Below the pieces are notes generated by a model. It saw only the letters and a list, made by a program, of their open reading frames with translations, did not search any database and was not told where the DNA came from. Of a stretch of DNA of 64,000 nt, positions 19,853 to 37,500 are shown piece after piece. Every line of letters begins with the position of its first letter. Positions within the stretch are counted from its first letter, which is position 1. This DNA is from Eledone cirrhosa (taxonomy: Eukaryota): the NCBI GenBank assembly GCA_964016885.1, contig OZ024742.1, positions 169,942,001-170,006,000 of the forward strand, read 5' to 3'. The position numbers and the translations under genes are program-made.

Positions 19853-19947
19853 TATATATATATATATATATATATGCTATATATATATATATATATATGC
19901 TATATATATATATATATATATATGCTATATATATATATATATATATG

Positions 19948-20001
<54 letters not shown>

Positions 20002-20163
20002 TATATATATGATATATATATATATATATATATGCTATATATATGATATATATATATATATATATATATATATGCTATATATATGATATATATATATATA
20101 TATATATATATGCTATATATATGATATATATATATATATATATATATATATGCTATATATATG

Positions 20164-20244
<81 letters not shown>

Positions 20245-20338
20245 TATATATATGATATATATATATATATATGCTATATATATATATATATATATATGAT
20301 ATATATATATATATATGCTATATATATATATATATATG

Positions 20339-20425
<87 letters not shown>

Positions 20426-20454
20426 TATATATATATGCTATATATATATATATG

Positions 20455-20498
<44 letters not shown>

Positions 20499-21135
20499 TA
20501 TATATATATGCTATATATATATGCTATATATATATGCTATATATATATGCTATATATATATGCTATATAAGCTATATATATATGCTATATATATATGCTA
20601 TATATATATGCTATATATATATGCTATATATATATGCTATATATATATGCTATATATATATGCTATATATATATGCTATATATATATGCTATATATATAT
20701 GCTATATATATATGCTATATATATATTCTATATATATATACTATATATATATGCTATATATATATGCTATATATATATACTATATATATATACTATATAT
20801 ATATGCTATATATATATACTATATATATATGCTATATATATATGCTATATATATATGCTATATATATATATGCTATATATATATGCTATATATGCTATAT
20901 ATATATGCTATATATATATGCTATATATATATGCTATATATGCTATATATATATGCTATATATATATGCTATATATATATGCTATATATATATGCTATAT
21001 ATGCTATATATATATGCTATATATATATGCTATATATGCTATATATATATGTTATATATATATGCTATATATATATGCTATATATATATGCTATATACAT
21101 ATGCTATATATATATATATATGCTATATATATATG

Positions 21136-21179
<44 letters not shown>

Positions 21180-21195
21180 TATATATATATATATG

Positions 21196-21243
<48 letters not shown>

Positions 21244-21269
21244 TATATATATATGCTATATATATATGC

Positions 21270-21300
<31 letters not shown>

Positions 21301-21312
21301 TATATATATATG

Positions 21313-21350
<38 letters not shown>

Positions 21351-21562
21351 CTATATATATATATATATATATATATGCTATATATATATATGCTATATAT
21401 ATGCTATATATATATATATATATATGCTATATATATATATATATATATATATGCTATATATATATATATATGCTATATATATATATATATATATATATGC
21501 TATATATATATATATATATATATATATGCTATATATATATATATATATATGCTATATATATG

Positions 21563-21597
<35 letters not shown>

Positions 21598-23375
21598 TAT
21601 ATATATATGCTATATATATATATATATATATATGCTATATATATATGCTATATATATATATATATGCTATATATATATATATATATGCTATATATATATA
21701 TATATATGCTATATATATATATATATGCTATATATATATATATATATGCTATATATATATATATATATGCTATATATATATATATATATGCTATATATAT
21801 ATATATATATGCTATATATATATATATATGCTATATATATATATGCTATATATATATATATATATGCTATATATATATATATATATGCTATATATATATA
21901 TATATGCTATATATATATATATATATGCTATATATATATATATATATGCTATATATATATATATATATGCTATATATATATATATGCTATATATATATAT
22001 ATATGCTATATATATATATATATATGCTATATATATATATATATATGCTATATATATATATATATATGCTATATATATATATATATATGCTATATATATA
22101 TATATATATGCTATATATATATATATATATATGCTATATATATATATATGCTATATATATATATATATGCTATATATATATATATATATGCTATATATAT
22201 ATATATATATGCTATATATATATATATATATATGCTATATATATATATATATATATGCTATATATATATATATATATATATGCTATATATATATATATAT
22301 GCTATATATATATATATATATATGCTATATATATATATATATATATGCTATATATATATATATATATATGCTATATATATATATATATATATGCTATATA
22401 TATATATATATATACTATATATATATATATATATATACTATATATATATATGCTATATATATATATATATATATATATATGCTATATATATATATATATA
22501 TGCTATATATATATATATATATGCTATATATATATATATATGCTATATATATATATATATGCTATATATATATATATATATGCTATATATATATATATAT
22601 ATGCTATATATATATATATATGCTATATATATATATATATATATATGCTATATATATATATATGTATGCTATATATATATATATATATATGTATGCTATA
22701 TATATATATATATATATATGCTATATATATATATATATGCTATATATATATATATATATATGCTATATATATATATATATATATGCTATATATATATATA
22801 TATGCTATATATATATATATATATATGCTATATATATATATATATATATGCTATATATATATATATATATATATGCTATATATATATATATATATATGCT
22901 ATATATATATATATATATATGCTATATATATATATATATATATGCTATATATATATATATATATATATGCTATATATATATATATATATATATGCTATAT
23001 ATATATATATATATGCTATATATATATATATATATGCTATATATATATATATATATATATGCTATATATATATATATATATGCTATATATATATATATAT
23101 ATATGCTATATATATATATGCTATATATATATATGCTATATATATATATGCTATATATGTATATGCTATATATATATATATATATATGCTATATATATAT
23201 ATATATACAATTAAGTTATTTGTTTTTATATATATATATATATATATATATACTATATATATATATGCTATATATATATATATATGCTATATATATATAC
23301 TATATATATATATATATATGCTATATACTATATATATATATATATGCTATATATATATATATATATATACTATAT
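17436..23375. repeat. (TA)n microsatellite with GC interruptions
   Basis: Seen directly. Confidence 0.98.
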
Positions 23376-23590
23376 AGTTTTAATATAGATGAGATTCTAC
23401 AGGACTAGAACTGTTTCATTCATTAGAAATCATCAGGAATCTCATATATATTATCAGGAGATTCCTGATTTCTAATGAATGAAACAGTTCTCGTCCTGTA
23501 GAATCTCATCTATATTAAAACTGTTTTACTCTGCTATGTATTGAGTACCTTACTTACTGTGGTTACCTCCGATTCAACCCGGAATAACGT
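23376..23590 (+). mobile_element. Small pLTR-like element with an inverted repeat (23376-23443 / 23458-23522) in (TA)n
   Basis: Arms are reverse-complementary apart from a 3-nt indel and one substitution. A unique tail runs to 23590. Confidence 0.8.
23391..23443 (-). ncRNA. Type I hammerhead ribozyme
   Basis: Minus strand reads GAGATTC-CTGATGA-T-TTCTAATGAA-T-GAAACAG-TTCTAGTC-CTGT-A-GAATCTC. Stem I is 7 bp, stem III is 4 bp and the site is GUA. The + strand copy 23458-23507 has lost 3 nt of the core. Confidence 0.85.
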
Positions 23591-25932
<2,342 letters not shown>

Positions 25933-26740
25933 ATATTTTCTATTTAATTTTGGTTGTAATTCTTTTATGCTTACTGCCTCTGTAATTTGCCTAAATATAG
26001 CATAAGATGTACATCTTAGCATAAGATCATCTTAGCATAAGATGTACTGAAGGACAATGTGGAAACAAAAATATAGTGTACATAGGTGAGACAGCTCGTA
26101 GTATAGGGGAACGAATAAATGAACACTGGCGAGACCTTCAAGATAATAAAGAATCATCTGTGCTCTACCAACATGCTAAGATAGAACACAGGGGTAGATT
26201 AGAGAACATAGAAATAAAAATAGAATCCACACACAGAAAAGATGCAATGTTTAGGCAAATTACAGAGGCAGTAAGCATAAAAGAATTACAACCAAAATTA
26301 AATAGAAAATATGAGTGGAACAGCAACATCACAACTTACAATTAAGGACAAAATGAAAACACACACACACATAGAACAAACAACCAACCAACAATAAATA
26401 AATAAACAAATAGATAAATGAACACAAACACACACAGACACCCGGATGTGGCGCATGCGCAAACTGAGCACACAACACACACACAGAAACAAAATGGCGT
26501 AGGATAGAAGAAAGGAAAGGCACAGAAACAAAGAAAGGAATCCCCAGTCACTGAAGAGGTCACATAGTGTGTGACGAAAGGACTATGACTATATATAAAC
26601 AACTATCTGGTTGTGGAACCAACCAACCAACCAGAAATTTAAAAGTTTCTAGATTTGTAAATTTATAAATATATAATAAATTGAAGTGAAAGCAACTGGT
26701 GCGTGTGTTTCTTATTGGCAACATGACCCTCCCAAAGTAT

Positions 26741-26745
<5 letters not shown>
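25933..26745 (+). mobile_element. Penelope-like element 3' fragment: GIY-YIG endonuclease C-half (26076-26345), 3' UTR and an inverted 5' segment
   Basis: YIGETARSIGERINEH...[21 protein letters not shown]. 25933-26003 is an inverted copy of 26242-26312. Confidence 0.88.
26546..26590 (+). ncRNA. Minimal type I hammerhead ribozyme in the Penelope 3' region
   Basis: AGTCA-CTGAAGA-G-GTCACA-TAGTG-TGTGAC-GAAAGGACT-A-TGACT. Stem I AGTCA/TGACT, minimal stem III. Confidence 0.8.
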
Positions 26746-26813
<68 letters not shown>

Positions 26814-27054
26814 TATATATATATATATATATATGGTATATATATATATATATATATGGTATATATATATATATATATATATGCTATATATATATATGCT
26901 ATATATATGGTATATATATATGGTATATATATATGCTATATATATGCTTTATATATGGTATATATATATATGCTATATATGGTGTATATATATATATATA
27001 TATATGGTATATATATATATATATGGTATATATATATATGGTATATATATATAT

Positions 27055-27089
<35 letters not shown>

Positions 27090-27208
27090 TATATATATAT
27101 ATATATATGGTGTATATATATATGGTATATATATATGGTATATATATATATGGTATATATATATATATGGTATATATATATATATGGTATGTATATATAT
27201 ATATATAT

Positions 27209-27241
<33 letters not shown>

Positions 27242-27532
27242 TATATATATATATATATGGTATATATATATATATATATATATGGTATATATATATATGG
27301 TATATATATATATATATGGTATATATGGTATATATATATATATATATGGTATATATATATATATATATGGTATATATATATATATGGTATATATATATAT
27401 ATGGTATATATATATATATATATATGGTATATATATATATGGTATATATATATATGGTATATATATATATATATATGGTATATATATATATGGTATATAT
27501 ATATATATATATATGGTATATATATATATATT
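26746..27532. repeat. (TA)n microsatellite with GG interruptions
   Basis: Seen directly. Confidence 0.97.
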
Positions 27533-27533
27533 G

Positions 27534-28745
27534 TCATCATCACCGTTTTACGTCCGTTCTTCCACGCTAGCATGGGTTAGACGGGTTGTCCTGTTGTGGG
27601 CAGTGTCTGGTCGGCTGACCATGCCTTGCTCATACAGGAACTGATCTGGCTTGATTTCTACAGCTGGATGCCCTTCCTAACACCAACCTCATTTACAGTG
27701 AGTGCTGGGTGCTTTTTCGTGGCGCCTACACGTCCACTTTACAGTGTGGGCTGGGTGCTTTTTTGCCGTGGCACCTCCACGACCACCTTGCGGTGGGGGG
27801 GGGGGCATATTGTTTATATGCTTCAGCATGTACCCATGGGAGGTCGGGTACCCTGTATTACTGCGTGACGCCAGAAGTCACGGTCGTGTGTCATTGACTT
27901 TGAGAGGTGTAGTTGGGTAAGGTCGGCTTTTATCACCTCATCCCAAGTCATCTTGGGTCTCCCCACTCCGCGGTTTCCATCAACTTCTAGTGCTCTGCAC
28001 CTTTTTATGCAGCTGTCATCCTTCATACGCATCACATGTCCATACCAGCGTAACCGCCTCTCCTGCACGCAGCATTTGATTCCTCTTATGCTCAGTCTCT
28101 CTCTCAATTCATTTATGCTTTGTCGTTCACGTATATTACTGTTACACATCCATCGGAGCATGCAGGCTTCGTTTCTCTCTAATCTACGTAAGTCTTCCAC
28201 CTTCAGCGCCCAGGTCTCACTACCATGCAACATCGCTGTTCGGATACACGCATCATACAGTCTGCCTTTCATTCTGAGGGAGAAGCCTTTTGCAGCTAGC
28301 AGTGGTAGTAGTTCCCTAAACTTCTTCCATCCCGTTCTTACCCTAGTTATTGTACTTTCTGAGCACCCACCTCCGTTGCTAATTCGGTCACCTAGGTAGC
28401 AGAAGCTGTCTACTGTTTCTACAGGGCCCTCCCAGAGATTGGTGGTACTTGTTTCCTGTGGCTGTTTGCTTGCTGTTTCAGCACAGCTGCTGCATGTGAA
28501 TCCTACATTCTTAATTAAGCTTCCTGAGATCCCGCTACATCTCTTGTGTACCCATTGTTTGCATTTGGGGCAAAGAATGGAGTTCCTACCTACACCTTTC
28601 CTACATACTGAGCAAGGCCATTTCCCTGAGGGGATCTGGGTTCTGTTTTCTCGTCTACTTATAAGGACCTTAGTCTTTGTCATGTTGACTTTGAGGCCCT
28701 TTCTCTCTAGTCCCTGCTTCCAGGTTTGGAATTTATTCTCTAATT
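27534..28745 (-). mobile_element. RTE-clade LINE family C, 5'-truncated (ORF 27823-28683)
   Basis: C4HC3 finger, YLGD, HGSETW and RRLRWYGHV. The 3' UTR has the AGGAAGGGCATCCAGC module. (GAT)n-like tail. Confidence 0.93.
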
Positions 28746-29202
28746 GTATATATATATATATATATATGGTGTATATATATATATATATGGTATATATATA
28801 TATATATATATATATGGTATATATATATATATATGGTATATATATATATATGGTATATATATCTGCTATATATATGGTATATATATATGATATATATATC
28901 TGCTATATATGGTATATATATATGATATATATATCTGCTATATATATGGTATATATATATATGGTATATATATCTGCTATATATATGGTATATATATATA
29001 TGATATATATATCTGCTATATATATGGTATATATATATATGATATATATATCTGCTATATATATGGTATATATATATATGATATATATATCTGCTATATA
29101 TATGGTATATATATATATGATATATATATCTGCTATATATATGGTATATATATATATGATATATATATCTGCTATATATATGCTATATATATATATATAT
29201 GC

Positions 29203-29235
<33 letters not shown>

Positions 29236-30098
29236 CTGCTATATATATGGTATATATATATCTGCTATATATATGGTATATATATATATGCTATATATAT
29301 GGTATATATATATATGCTATATATATGGTATATATATATATGCTATATATATGGTATATATATATATACTATATATATGGTATATATATATATGCTATAT
29401 ATATGGTATATATATATATGCTATATATATGGTATATATATATATGCTATATATATGGTATATATATATATGCTATATATATGGTATATATATATATATG
29501 CTATATATATGGTATATATATATATATATGCTATATATATGGTATATATATATATGCTATATATATGGTATATATATATATGCTATATATATGGTATATA
29601 TATATATGTTATATATATGGTATATATATATATGTTATATATATGGTATATATATATATGCTATATATATGGTATATATATATATATGCTATATATATGG
29701 TATATATATATATATGCTATATATATGGTATATATATATATGCTATATATATGGTATATATATATATATGCTATATATATGGTATATATATATATATGCT
29801 ATATATATGGTATATATATATATATGCTATATATATGCTATATATATATATATGCTATATATATGGTATATATATATATATGCTATATATATGGTATATA
29901 TATATATATGCTATATATATGGTATATATATATATATCCTATATATATGGTATATATATATATATCCTATATATATGGTATATATATATATATCCTATAT
30001 ATATGGTATATATATATATATGCTATATATATGCTATATATATATATATGCTATATATATGGCATATGCTATATATATGGTATATATATATATGCTAT
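28746..30098. repeat. (TA)n-derived higher-order repeat with alternating GC/GG(/GA) interruptions
   Basis: Seen directly. Confidence 0.95.
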
Positions 30099-30109
30099 TC
30101 ATTTCATTT

Positions 30110-30441
30110 TCATTTCATTTTACGTCCGCTTTTTCCCTGCTTGCAAGGGTGGGACAGGAACTGATTCTGGCTTGATTTCTACAGCTGGATGCCCTTCCTA
30201 ACACCAACCTCATTTACAGTGAGTGCTGGGTGCTTTTTTGCCGTGGCACCTCCACGACCACTTTGCAGTGGAATGAGAGGGACCCCAGTCCCTATCATCT
30301 CATTTCTACAGCTGAGTAAACTGGAGCAATGTGAAATAAAGTGTCTTGCTCAAGGAAACAACACATCACCCGGTCTGAGAATTGAACTCACAACCTTTCG
30401 ATTGCAAGGCCAATGCTCTAACCACTAAGCCATGTGCCTCC
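30110..30441 (-). mobile_element. Composite SINE: tRNA head + CORE-like domain + RTE 5'-type module + RTE-B 3' tail
   Basis: Minus strand has tggcttagtggttagagc...gagttcaattc, then ccttgagcaagacact, then aggaagggcatccagc. The tail cccacccttgcaagcaggg...ggacgtaaaatg matches 13690-13730. Confidence 0.8.
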
Positions 30442-30649
30442 ATATATGTGCCTATATATATGGTATATATATATATGCTATATATATGGCATATGCTATA
30501 TATATGGTATATATATATATGCTATATATATGGTATATATATATATGCTATATATATGGCATATGCTATATATATGGTATATATATATATATGCTATATA
30601 TATGGCATATGCTTTATATATGGTATATATATATATGCTATATATATAT

Positions 30650-30960
30650 GACATAAATACCCCCTCCGCCTTTTGTGGTATTTTTCTCTTAGCTCTTTTT
30701 CTTGACCGCTGTAACACGTGATAAGTACCCCCTCCGCCTTTCGGGATACTATCTCGCGTCCTACGGACGTGTTTTGAAACTCTAAATGAGGTATCCTCTT
30801 GATAAGTCGGCAAACCTCAGAAAAATACTGCATCTCTATGATGTAATGTCTTTGCATAATATCAACGAAACTACGTAGTCGAGAATAATGATGGAATTTA
30901 TGTATACTATATCTTTTTATACATATCTAATGTTTCTTCTTTCTTTATAATGTATTATAC
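30650..30960 (+). mobile_element. Non-coding pLTR-like fragment between (TA)n tracts
   Basis: Contains the hammerhead at 30792-30887 and a duplicated taccccctccgccttt motif. Confidence 0.6.
30792..30887 (+). ncRNA. Type I hammerhead ribozyme, U3:A8 core variant with long loop II
   Basis: TATCCTC-TTGATAA-GTCGG...TCAAC-GAAACTACGTAGT-C-GAGAATA. Stem I pairs 6/7, stem III is palindromic and the site is GUC. Confidence 0.78.
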
Positions 30961-31549
30961 ATATTTATATTTATATATATATTTATATATATATATATAT
31001 TAATTTGTGTGGGTTTAAGCATTAAGGAATTCCACAAATTTCTCACAACTATTCAACTATTTTCTAAATTTATGTTTAATCAGTGTATGAATGTTAGGGT
31101 CATGTGGTGGTGGTGATGGGGGTGTGGCTGTGCTGACGTTATTGTTGTTGGTGTTGTTGGTGTTGATGGTTGTTGTGGGTGGATGAGTATTCTTTTGTGA
31201 ACACCTGAGTCATATATTTGTATCTAGTATTCTGATTGATGTTCAAACTGAAACATTTTTCTCATTCAGTAATAAAACATTCCAAAATGTTGGAGTTGTG
31301 TAAAGTATGTGTTGGAAAAAAAACAAACAAACAGCAATTGGTGTATCTGTGTGTTTTATTTTATAAATTTGTAGATTACATTTTTAGGAGTTATATATAT
31401 ATAATCATTGTTTAACGTCTGCTTCCCCTTTCTGTCTAGCTATCTATCTATCTTTCTATATATAATAAAAATAATAATATACAATATATATATATATAAG
31501 TAAAAAAAATAAAATAAGGGAAACCTTAGAACTTTTTCTACTTGTACAG

Positions 31550-31835
31550 TTTGTGGCAAAATCTGCCTGTCAGAGGATGGACTCAAATATTATTTTTATA
31601 AGAGCACACAATAGAGCATTTCCTACTGACTACAGAACATACCAACCAGTTTGCCCTTCTCAGTGTCACATATACCAAATCTGCAAATCTCAAGGAAGTC
31701 TAAAGAGACAGTTCAAAGATCATCAAGATCAGATAACACAGGCAGTTTAAACTGCTGCAAAACTAATGTGCAATTTATGTGGACGGCTTTTTAAAAATAT
31801 GTCTGGTGTAAAAGTCACATAAGCTCTTGTGCCAG
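31550..31835 (+). pseudogene. Degenerate LINE C-terminal fragment with C2H2-like zinc fingers
   Basis: CNLCGRLFKNMSGVKSH at about 31769-31820, and an upstream decayed CHI.QICKSQGSLKR. Confidence 0.4.
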
Positions 31836-31847
31836 GACCAATCATCA

Positions 31848-32753
31848 TCTCTCTATATATAAAATTGTTTGTCTGTCTGTTCCTATGCATTGTCAAACGG
31901 CTGGACCAAATCAAATCAAATTTTACAAGGTAGGGAATTTCAACATGAAATTTTTATTTTCATTTGGATTCAAATAATATAATATTTTAACTAAAATAAC
32001 CTTTCTATAGTGAACTATAGTAAACCACCATGACTACGACGAGTCACATTTTGTATGAGTATGTATGTGTATGTGAGTGTGTGTGTGTTCGCGAGTTCGT
32101 TACTATGTAAGTTGCATACACATTATCTTCACACAGAGACTATTAAACACACACACATCTACGCATACAGATACATATGTCATGACAGACAGGTGTGCGT
32201 GAATATATGTCTGTGTCTGCCTGTCTTAGTATATGTATGTGAGTGTATATGTGTATGTGTGATAATTTTTATTTTCATTTGCATTAAAACAATAGAAAAC
32301 AACACACCAATGTCACATTTTGTATATGTATGTGTCTGTGAGTGTATGTGCACGCATTCATTAGGTACGTGATTAAATTGACACACACATCTACACATAT
32401 GAAGCAACTGACCAAAAATGAGGTGAAAAGCTATGCGCGTGTCTGCATGAATGTATGTCTGTGTGTGTCTGTCTTAGTATATGTATATGAGAGTGTGTGA
32501 GTGTGTAGCAGCAATTTATTCATTTGGGCACCAACAAAAAATGACACAATGAATATTGTTTACCCTAAGGTGCTTCAAGATTGACAGATTTTCATTTCTA
32601 AATTCTATTATCATTACAATTTTGATATTTTTAAAATAAAATATAGATATTTTGAAATAATTATGAGAAAAAAACAACATATCTTCATATTTATTGTTTA
32701 CTAATCTGAATAAGAACAGCTGTAATCCGGGCAACACCGGGTAATTCAGCTAG
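31848..32753 (+). mobile_element. Non-autonomous Helitron-like element
   Basis: 5' TC after A and (GTCT)n near the 5' end. 3' hairpin ccgggcaacaccggg then CTAG followed by T. Confidence 0.75.
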
Positions 32754-32804
32754 TGTACACTAAAGTGATCAGTCTTTGTATTGAGTAGACAACCTATATA
32801 TATA

Positions 32805-32962
32805 TAGGCACTGGCATGGCTGTGTAGTTAAGAAAAATATTTCACAACCATTTGGTTTTGGGTTTGATCCTACTGTGCAGCACCTTCAGCATGTGTCTTT
32901 TACTATAAACTTTCACTAAGTGCATTTATTAAATAGAAACTGTGAAGAAGCCTGTTGTCTGT
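32805..32962 (+). mobile_element. tRNA-derived SINE (related copies about 41010-41160 -, 45435-45550 +, 59880-59985 -)
   Basis: A-box-like tggctgtgtagttaag, B-box-like gggtttgatcc and CORE-like caccttcagcatgtgtctt. Confidence 0.7.
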
Positions 32963-32963
32963 A

Positions 32964-33240
32964 TATATCTTTTATGGACAGATGCCCTTCTTCGTATGAA
33001 GTCTTCTAGTCAGAGATGTGGAATATCTATTTTAAACTCGATATCTTTTATGGACAGATGTTCTTCCTCGTATCAAGTCTTTTAGTTATATCTTACGACA
33101 CACAGGGATATGGTATATCTATTCGAAACTAGATATCTTTTATGGACAGATGCCCTTCTTTGTATGAAGTTTTCTAGTCATATCTTATGACACACAGGAA
33201 TATAGTATGTCTATTCTAAACTAGATGCCTTTTACAGAAT
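32964..33240. repeat. About 3 diverged tandem copies of a ~80-93-bp unit
   Basis: tatcttttatggacagatg...tatctatt recurs at about 32966, 33043 and 33134. Confidence 0.8.
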
Positions 33241-33339
33241 AGAAAAATGAGGCACACGTTGAATAAAAAAAGAAAAAGGTCCTAAATATAGGTATGTCTG
33301 AAAATAGGCAAGATAGTCACAGCTTAAACACCTGAATAT

Positions 33340-33727
33340 CTGTGGTGAATTGGCAGAGTTGTTAGTGCCAAACAGTCGAATTTGTTCAGGGTCTTAACTT
33401 TCTGAGTTCAAATCCTGCCAAGGACCGCTTTGCTTATTTTTCTCTCATCTTTCTAGATTCAATAAAATAAAGTACCAGTGAAGTCCTGGCACCAATATAG
33501 TTGACTGTTCCTCATTGTTGCCAGCATTGCCTTGTGCCTAAATAATTGTTTCTAATTTTGGCACAAGACCAGCAATTCCTCAGTTCATTACTGGTACTTT
33601 ATTTTATCGACCCCGTAAGGATGAAAGGCAAAGTTAACTTCGGCGAGATTTGAACTCGGACTGTAAAGGGACATAACTATGCTGGAAAGCGTGGCGTCCG
33701 ACCCTCTACCGATACGGCCAATCCACT
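33340..33727. mobile_element. Tail-to-tail pair of tRNA-SINEs with a Meta-like core. Further copies at about 34128-34345, 47930-48440, 49272-49415, 51035-51180, 53695-53920, 58440-58700 and 59145-59335.
   Basis: B-box gagttcaaatcc followed by ctttgcctttcatcc..ggggtcgataaaataaagtaccagt and tail gccttgtgccaaaattagaaac. Confidence 0.8.
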
Positions 33728-34532
33728 AATATTAAGTTATTAATGTTGAAGTAAAAATTTTCAGATTTTCAACCTAATTTCCTGTTTTCTATGACACAAA
33801 ATCGGACTTATTTACTAATGTAACTGAATATTCTTTGTTCTATTAGTCATAGTACGTGGCTACTATCTAGTCAATGAGAGATCTGGGCAGTGTTGTTACT
33901 CAACTAACATGTTCTTTAAATGAATCCTTTGTTTGGTCTTTGAGTTTCTGGAAGCAATACAAGATACCTGAAAAATTAACGTTTTCATTTCCATATTTCT
34001 AATAAAATACTCTGTGTTTGGATTAATTGTATGTTTGTATGGATCCGTAACTCCTGTTATAGTTATGGGGGCGCCATAGTGACATACAGCGTGTCTTGGT
34101 CATTTAAAACGGAATGGAGCCAATCTGCTCTCCAGGTCAATTTCTTCCATAGAAGGAGAGAGAATGATAGAGAGGAAGTGAGAAAGAGATATAGAGGAAG
34201 AATCAACCCCAATACTGGACTGGTACTTTCTTTTATCAACCTCAAAATGCTGAAAATTGACCTCAGCAGGATTTGAACTCGGAGTTAAGAGCCGGAATGA
34301 ATACCACAAAGCATTTTATGTTGTTCTAATGACTGCCAAATTGTGACCAATAAACAACAGCATTATAAGTATCAAATTGTCAGTCTTTCACAAGTTCATA
34401 CTGTTGTCTATTTGAAAGTGCCAACAATTTACTTTGGTGATCATATATCTAATAGAAAAAAAACCGTTCCATCATAATTTTATGTAAGAACATTTATGTT
34501 CCAAGCACCAGCTTGATAATGAAGAAATTAGT

Positions 34533-37500
34533 TATTGTATATACTCGTATATAAGCTGAGAAATATATAACAAAATATTGATGGTAAAATCGAGGTTGGC
34601 TTATATTAAGGTCAATATTTTGCCGGTTTTCCGCAACTTCAAAATTCTACATAAATGAGGCACCGAGATATTTTTGCTTTGGAGGTGAATATTACACTGC
34701 TTTCACTTTCATGGTGAATATTACACTGGTTACACTTTGGAGGTGAATATTACACTGGTTACACTTTGGAGGTGAATATTACACTGCTTTCACTTTAATG
34801 GTGAATATTACACTGGTTACACTTTGGAGGTGAATATTACACTGGTTACACTTTGGTGGTGAATATTACACTGGTTACACTTTGGTGGTGAATATTACAC
34901 TGGTTACACTTTGGTGGTGAATATTACACTGGTTACACTTTGAAGGTGAATATTACACTGGTTACACTTTGGTGGTGAATATTACACTGGTTACACTTTG
35001 GTGGTGAATATTACACTGGTTACACTTTGGTGGTGAATATTACACTGGTTACACTTTGGTGGTGAATATTACACTGGTTTCACTTTCATGGTGAATATTA
35101 CACTGGTTACACTTTGGTGGTGAATATTACACTGGTTACACTTTCATGGTGAATATTACACTGGTTACACTTTGGTGGTGAATATTACACTCGTTTCACT
35201 TTCATGGTGAATATTACACTGGTTACACTTTGGTGGTGAATATTACACTGGTTACACTTTGAAGGTGAATATTACACTGGTTACACTTTGGTGGTGAATA
35301 TTACACTGGTTACACTTCAGTGGTGAATATTACACTGGTTACACTTTGGTGGTGAATATTACACTGGTTTCACTTTCATGGTGAATATTACACTGGTTAC
35401 ACTTTGGTGGTGAATATTACACTGGTTACACTTTGAAGGTGAATATTACACTGGTTACACTTTGGTGGTGAATATTACACTGGTTACACTTTGGTGGTGA
35501 ATATTACACTGGTTACACTTTGGTGGTGAATATTACACTGGTTACACTTTGGTGGTGAATATTACACTGGTTTCACTTTGGTGGTGAATATTACACTGGT
35601 TTCACTTTCATGGTGAATATTACACTGGTTACACTTTGGTGGTGAATATTACACTGGTTTCACTTTCATGGTGAATATTACACTGGTTACACTTTGGTGG
35701 TGAATATTACACTGGTTACACTTTGGAGGTGAATATTACACTGGTTACACTTTGGTGGTGAATATTACACTGGTTTCACTTTGGTGGTGAATATTACACT
35801 GGTTTCACTTTCATGGTGAATATTACACTGGTTACACTTTGGTGGTGAATATTACACTGGTTACACTTTGGAGGTGAATATTACACTGGTTACACTTTGG
35901 TGGTGAATATTACACTGGTTACACTTTGGTGGTGAATATTACACTGGTTTCACTTTCATGGTGAATATTACACTGGTTACACTTTGGAGGTGAATATTAC
36001 ACTGGTTACACTTTGGTGGTGAATATTACACTGGTTACACTTTGGTGGTGAATATTACACTGGTTTCACTTTCATGGTGAATATTACACTGGTTACACTT
36101 TGGAGGTGAATATTACACTGGTTACACTTTGGTGGTGAATATTACACTGGTTACACTTTGGTGGTGAATATTACACTGGTTTCACTTTCATGGTGAATAT
36201 TACACTGGTTACACTTTGGAGGTGAATATTACACTGGTTACACTTTGGTGGTGAATATTACACTGGTTACACTTTGGTGGTGAATATTACACTGGTTTCA
36301 CTTTCATGGTGAATATTACACTGGTTACACTTTGGAGGTGAATATTACACTGGTTTCACTTTCATGGTGAATATTACACTGGTTACACTTTGGTGGTGAA
36401 TATTACACTGGTTTCACTTTCATGGTGAATATTACACTGGTTACACTTTGGAGGTGAATATTACACTGGTTACACTTTGGTGGTGAATATTACACTGGTT
36501 ACACTTTGGTGGTGAATATTACACTGGTTACACTTTGGTGGTGAATATTACACTGGTTACACTTTGAAGGTGAATATTACACTGGTTACACTTTGGTGGT
36601 GAATATTACACTGGTTACACTTTGGTGGTGAATATTACACTGGTTACACTTTGGTGGTGAATATTACACTGGTTACACTTTGGTGGTGAATATTACACTG
36701 GTTTCACTTTCATGGTGAATATTACACTGGTTACACTTTGGTGGTGAATATTACACTGGTTACACTTTGGTGGTGAATATTACACTGGTTACACTTTGGT
36801 GGTGAATATTACACTGGTTTCACTTTCATGGTGAATATTACACTGGTTTCACTTTCATGGTGAATATTACACTGGTTACACTTTGGTGGTGAATATTACA
36901 CTGGTTACACTTTCATGGTGAATATTACACTGGTTACACTTTGGTGGTGAATATTACACTGGTTTCACTTTCATGGTGAATATTACACTGGTTACACTTT
37001 GGTGGTGAATATTACACTGGTTACACTTTGAAGGTGAATATTACACTGGTTACACTTTGGTGGTGAATATTACACTGGTTACACTTTCATGGTGAATATT
37101 ACACTGGTTACACTTTGGTGGTGAATATTACACTGGTTTCACTTTCATGGTGAATATTACACTGGTTACACTTTGGTGGTGAATATTACACTGGTTACAC
37201 TTTGAAGGTGAATATTACACTGGTTACACTTTGGTGGTGAATATTACACTGGTTACACTTTGGTGGTGAATATTACACTGGTTACACTTTGGTGGTGAAT
37301 ATTACACTGGTTACACTTTGGTGGTGAATATTACACTGGTTTCACTTTGGTGGTGAATATTACACTGGTTTCACTTTCATGGTGAATATTACACTGGTTA
37401 CACTTTGGTGGTGAATATTACACTGGTTTCACTTTGGAGGTGAATATTACACTGGTTACACTTTGGTGGTGAATATTACACTGGTTTCACTTTGGTGGTG

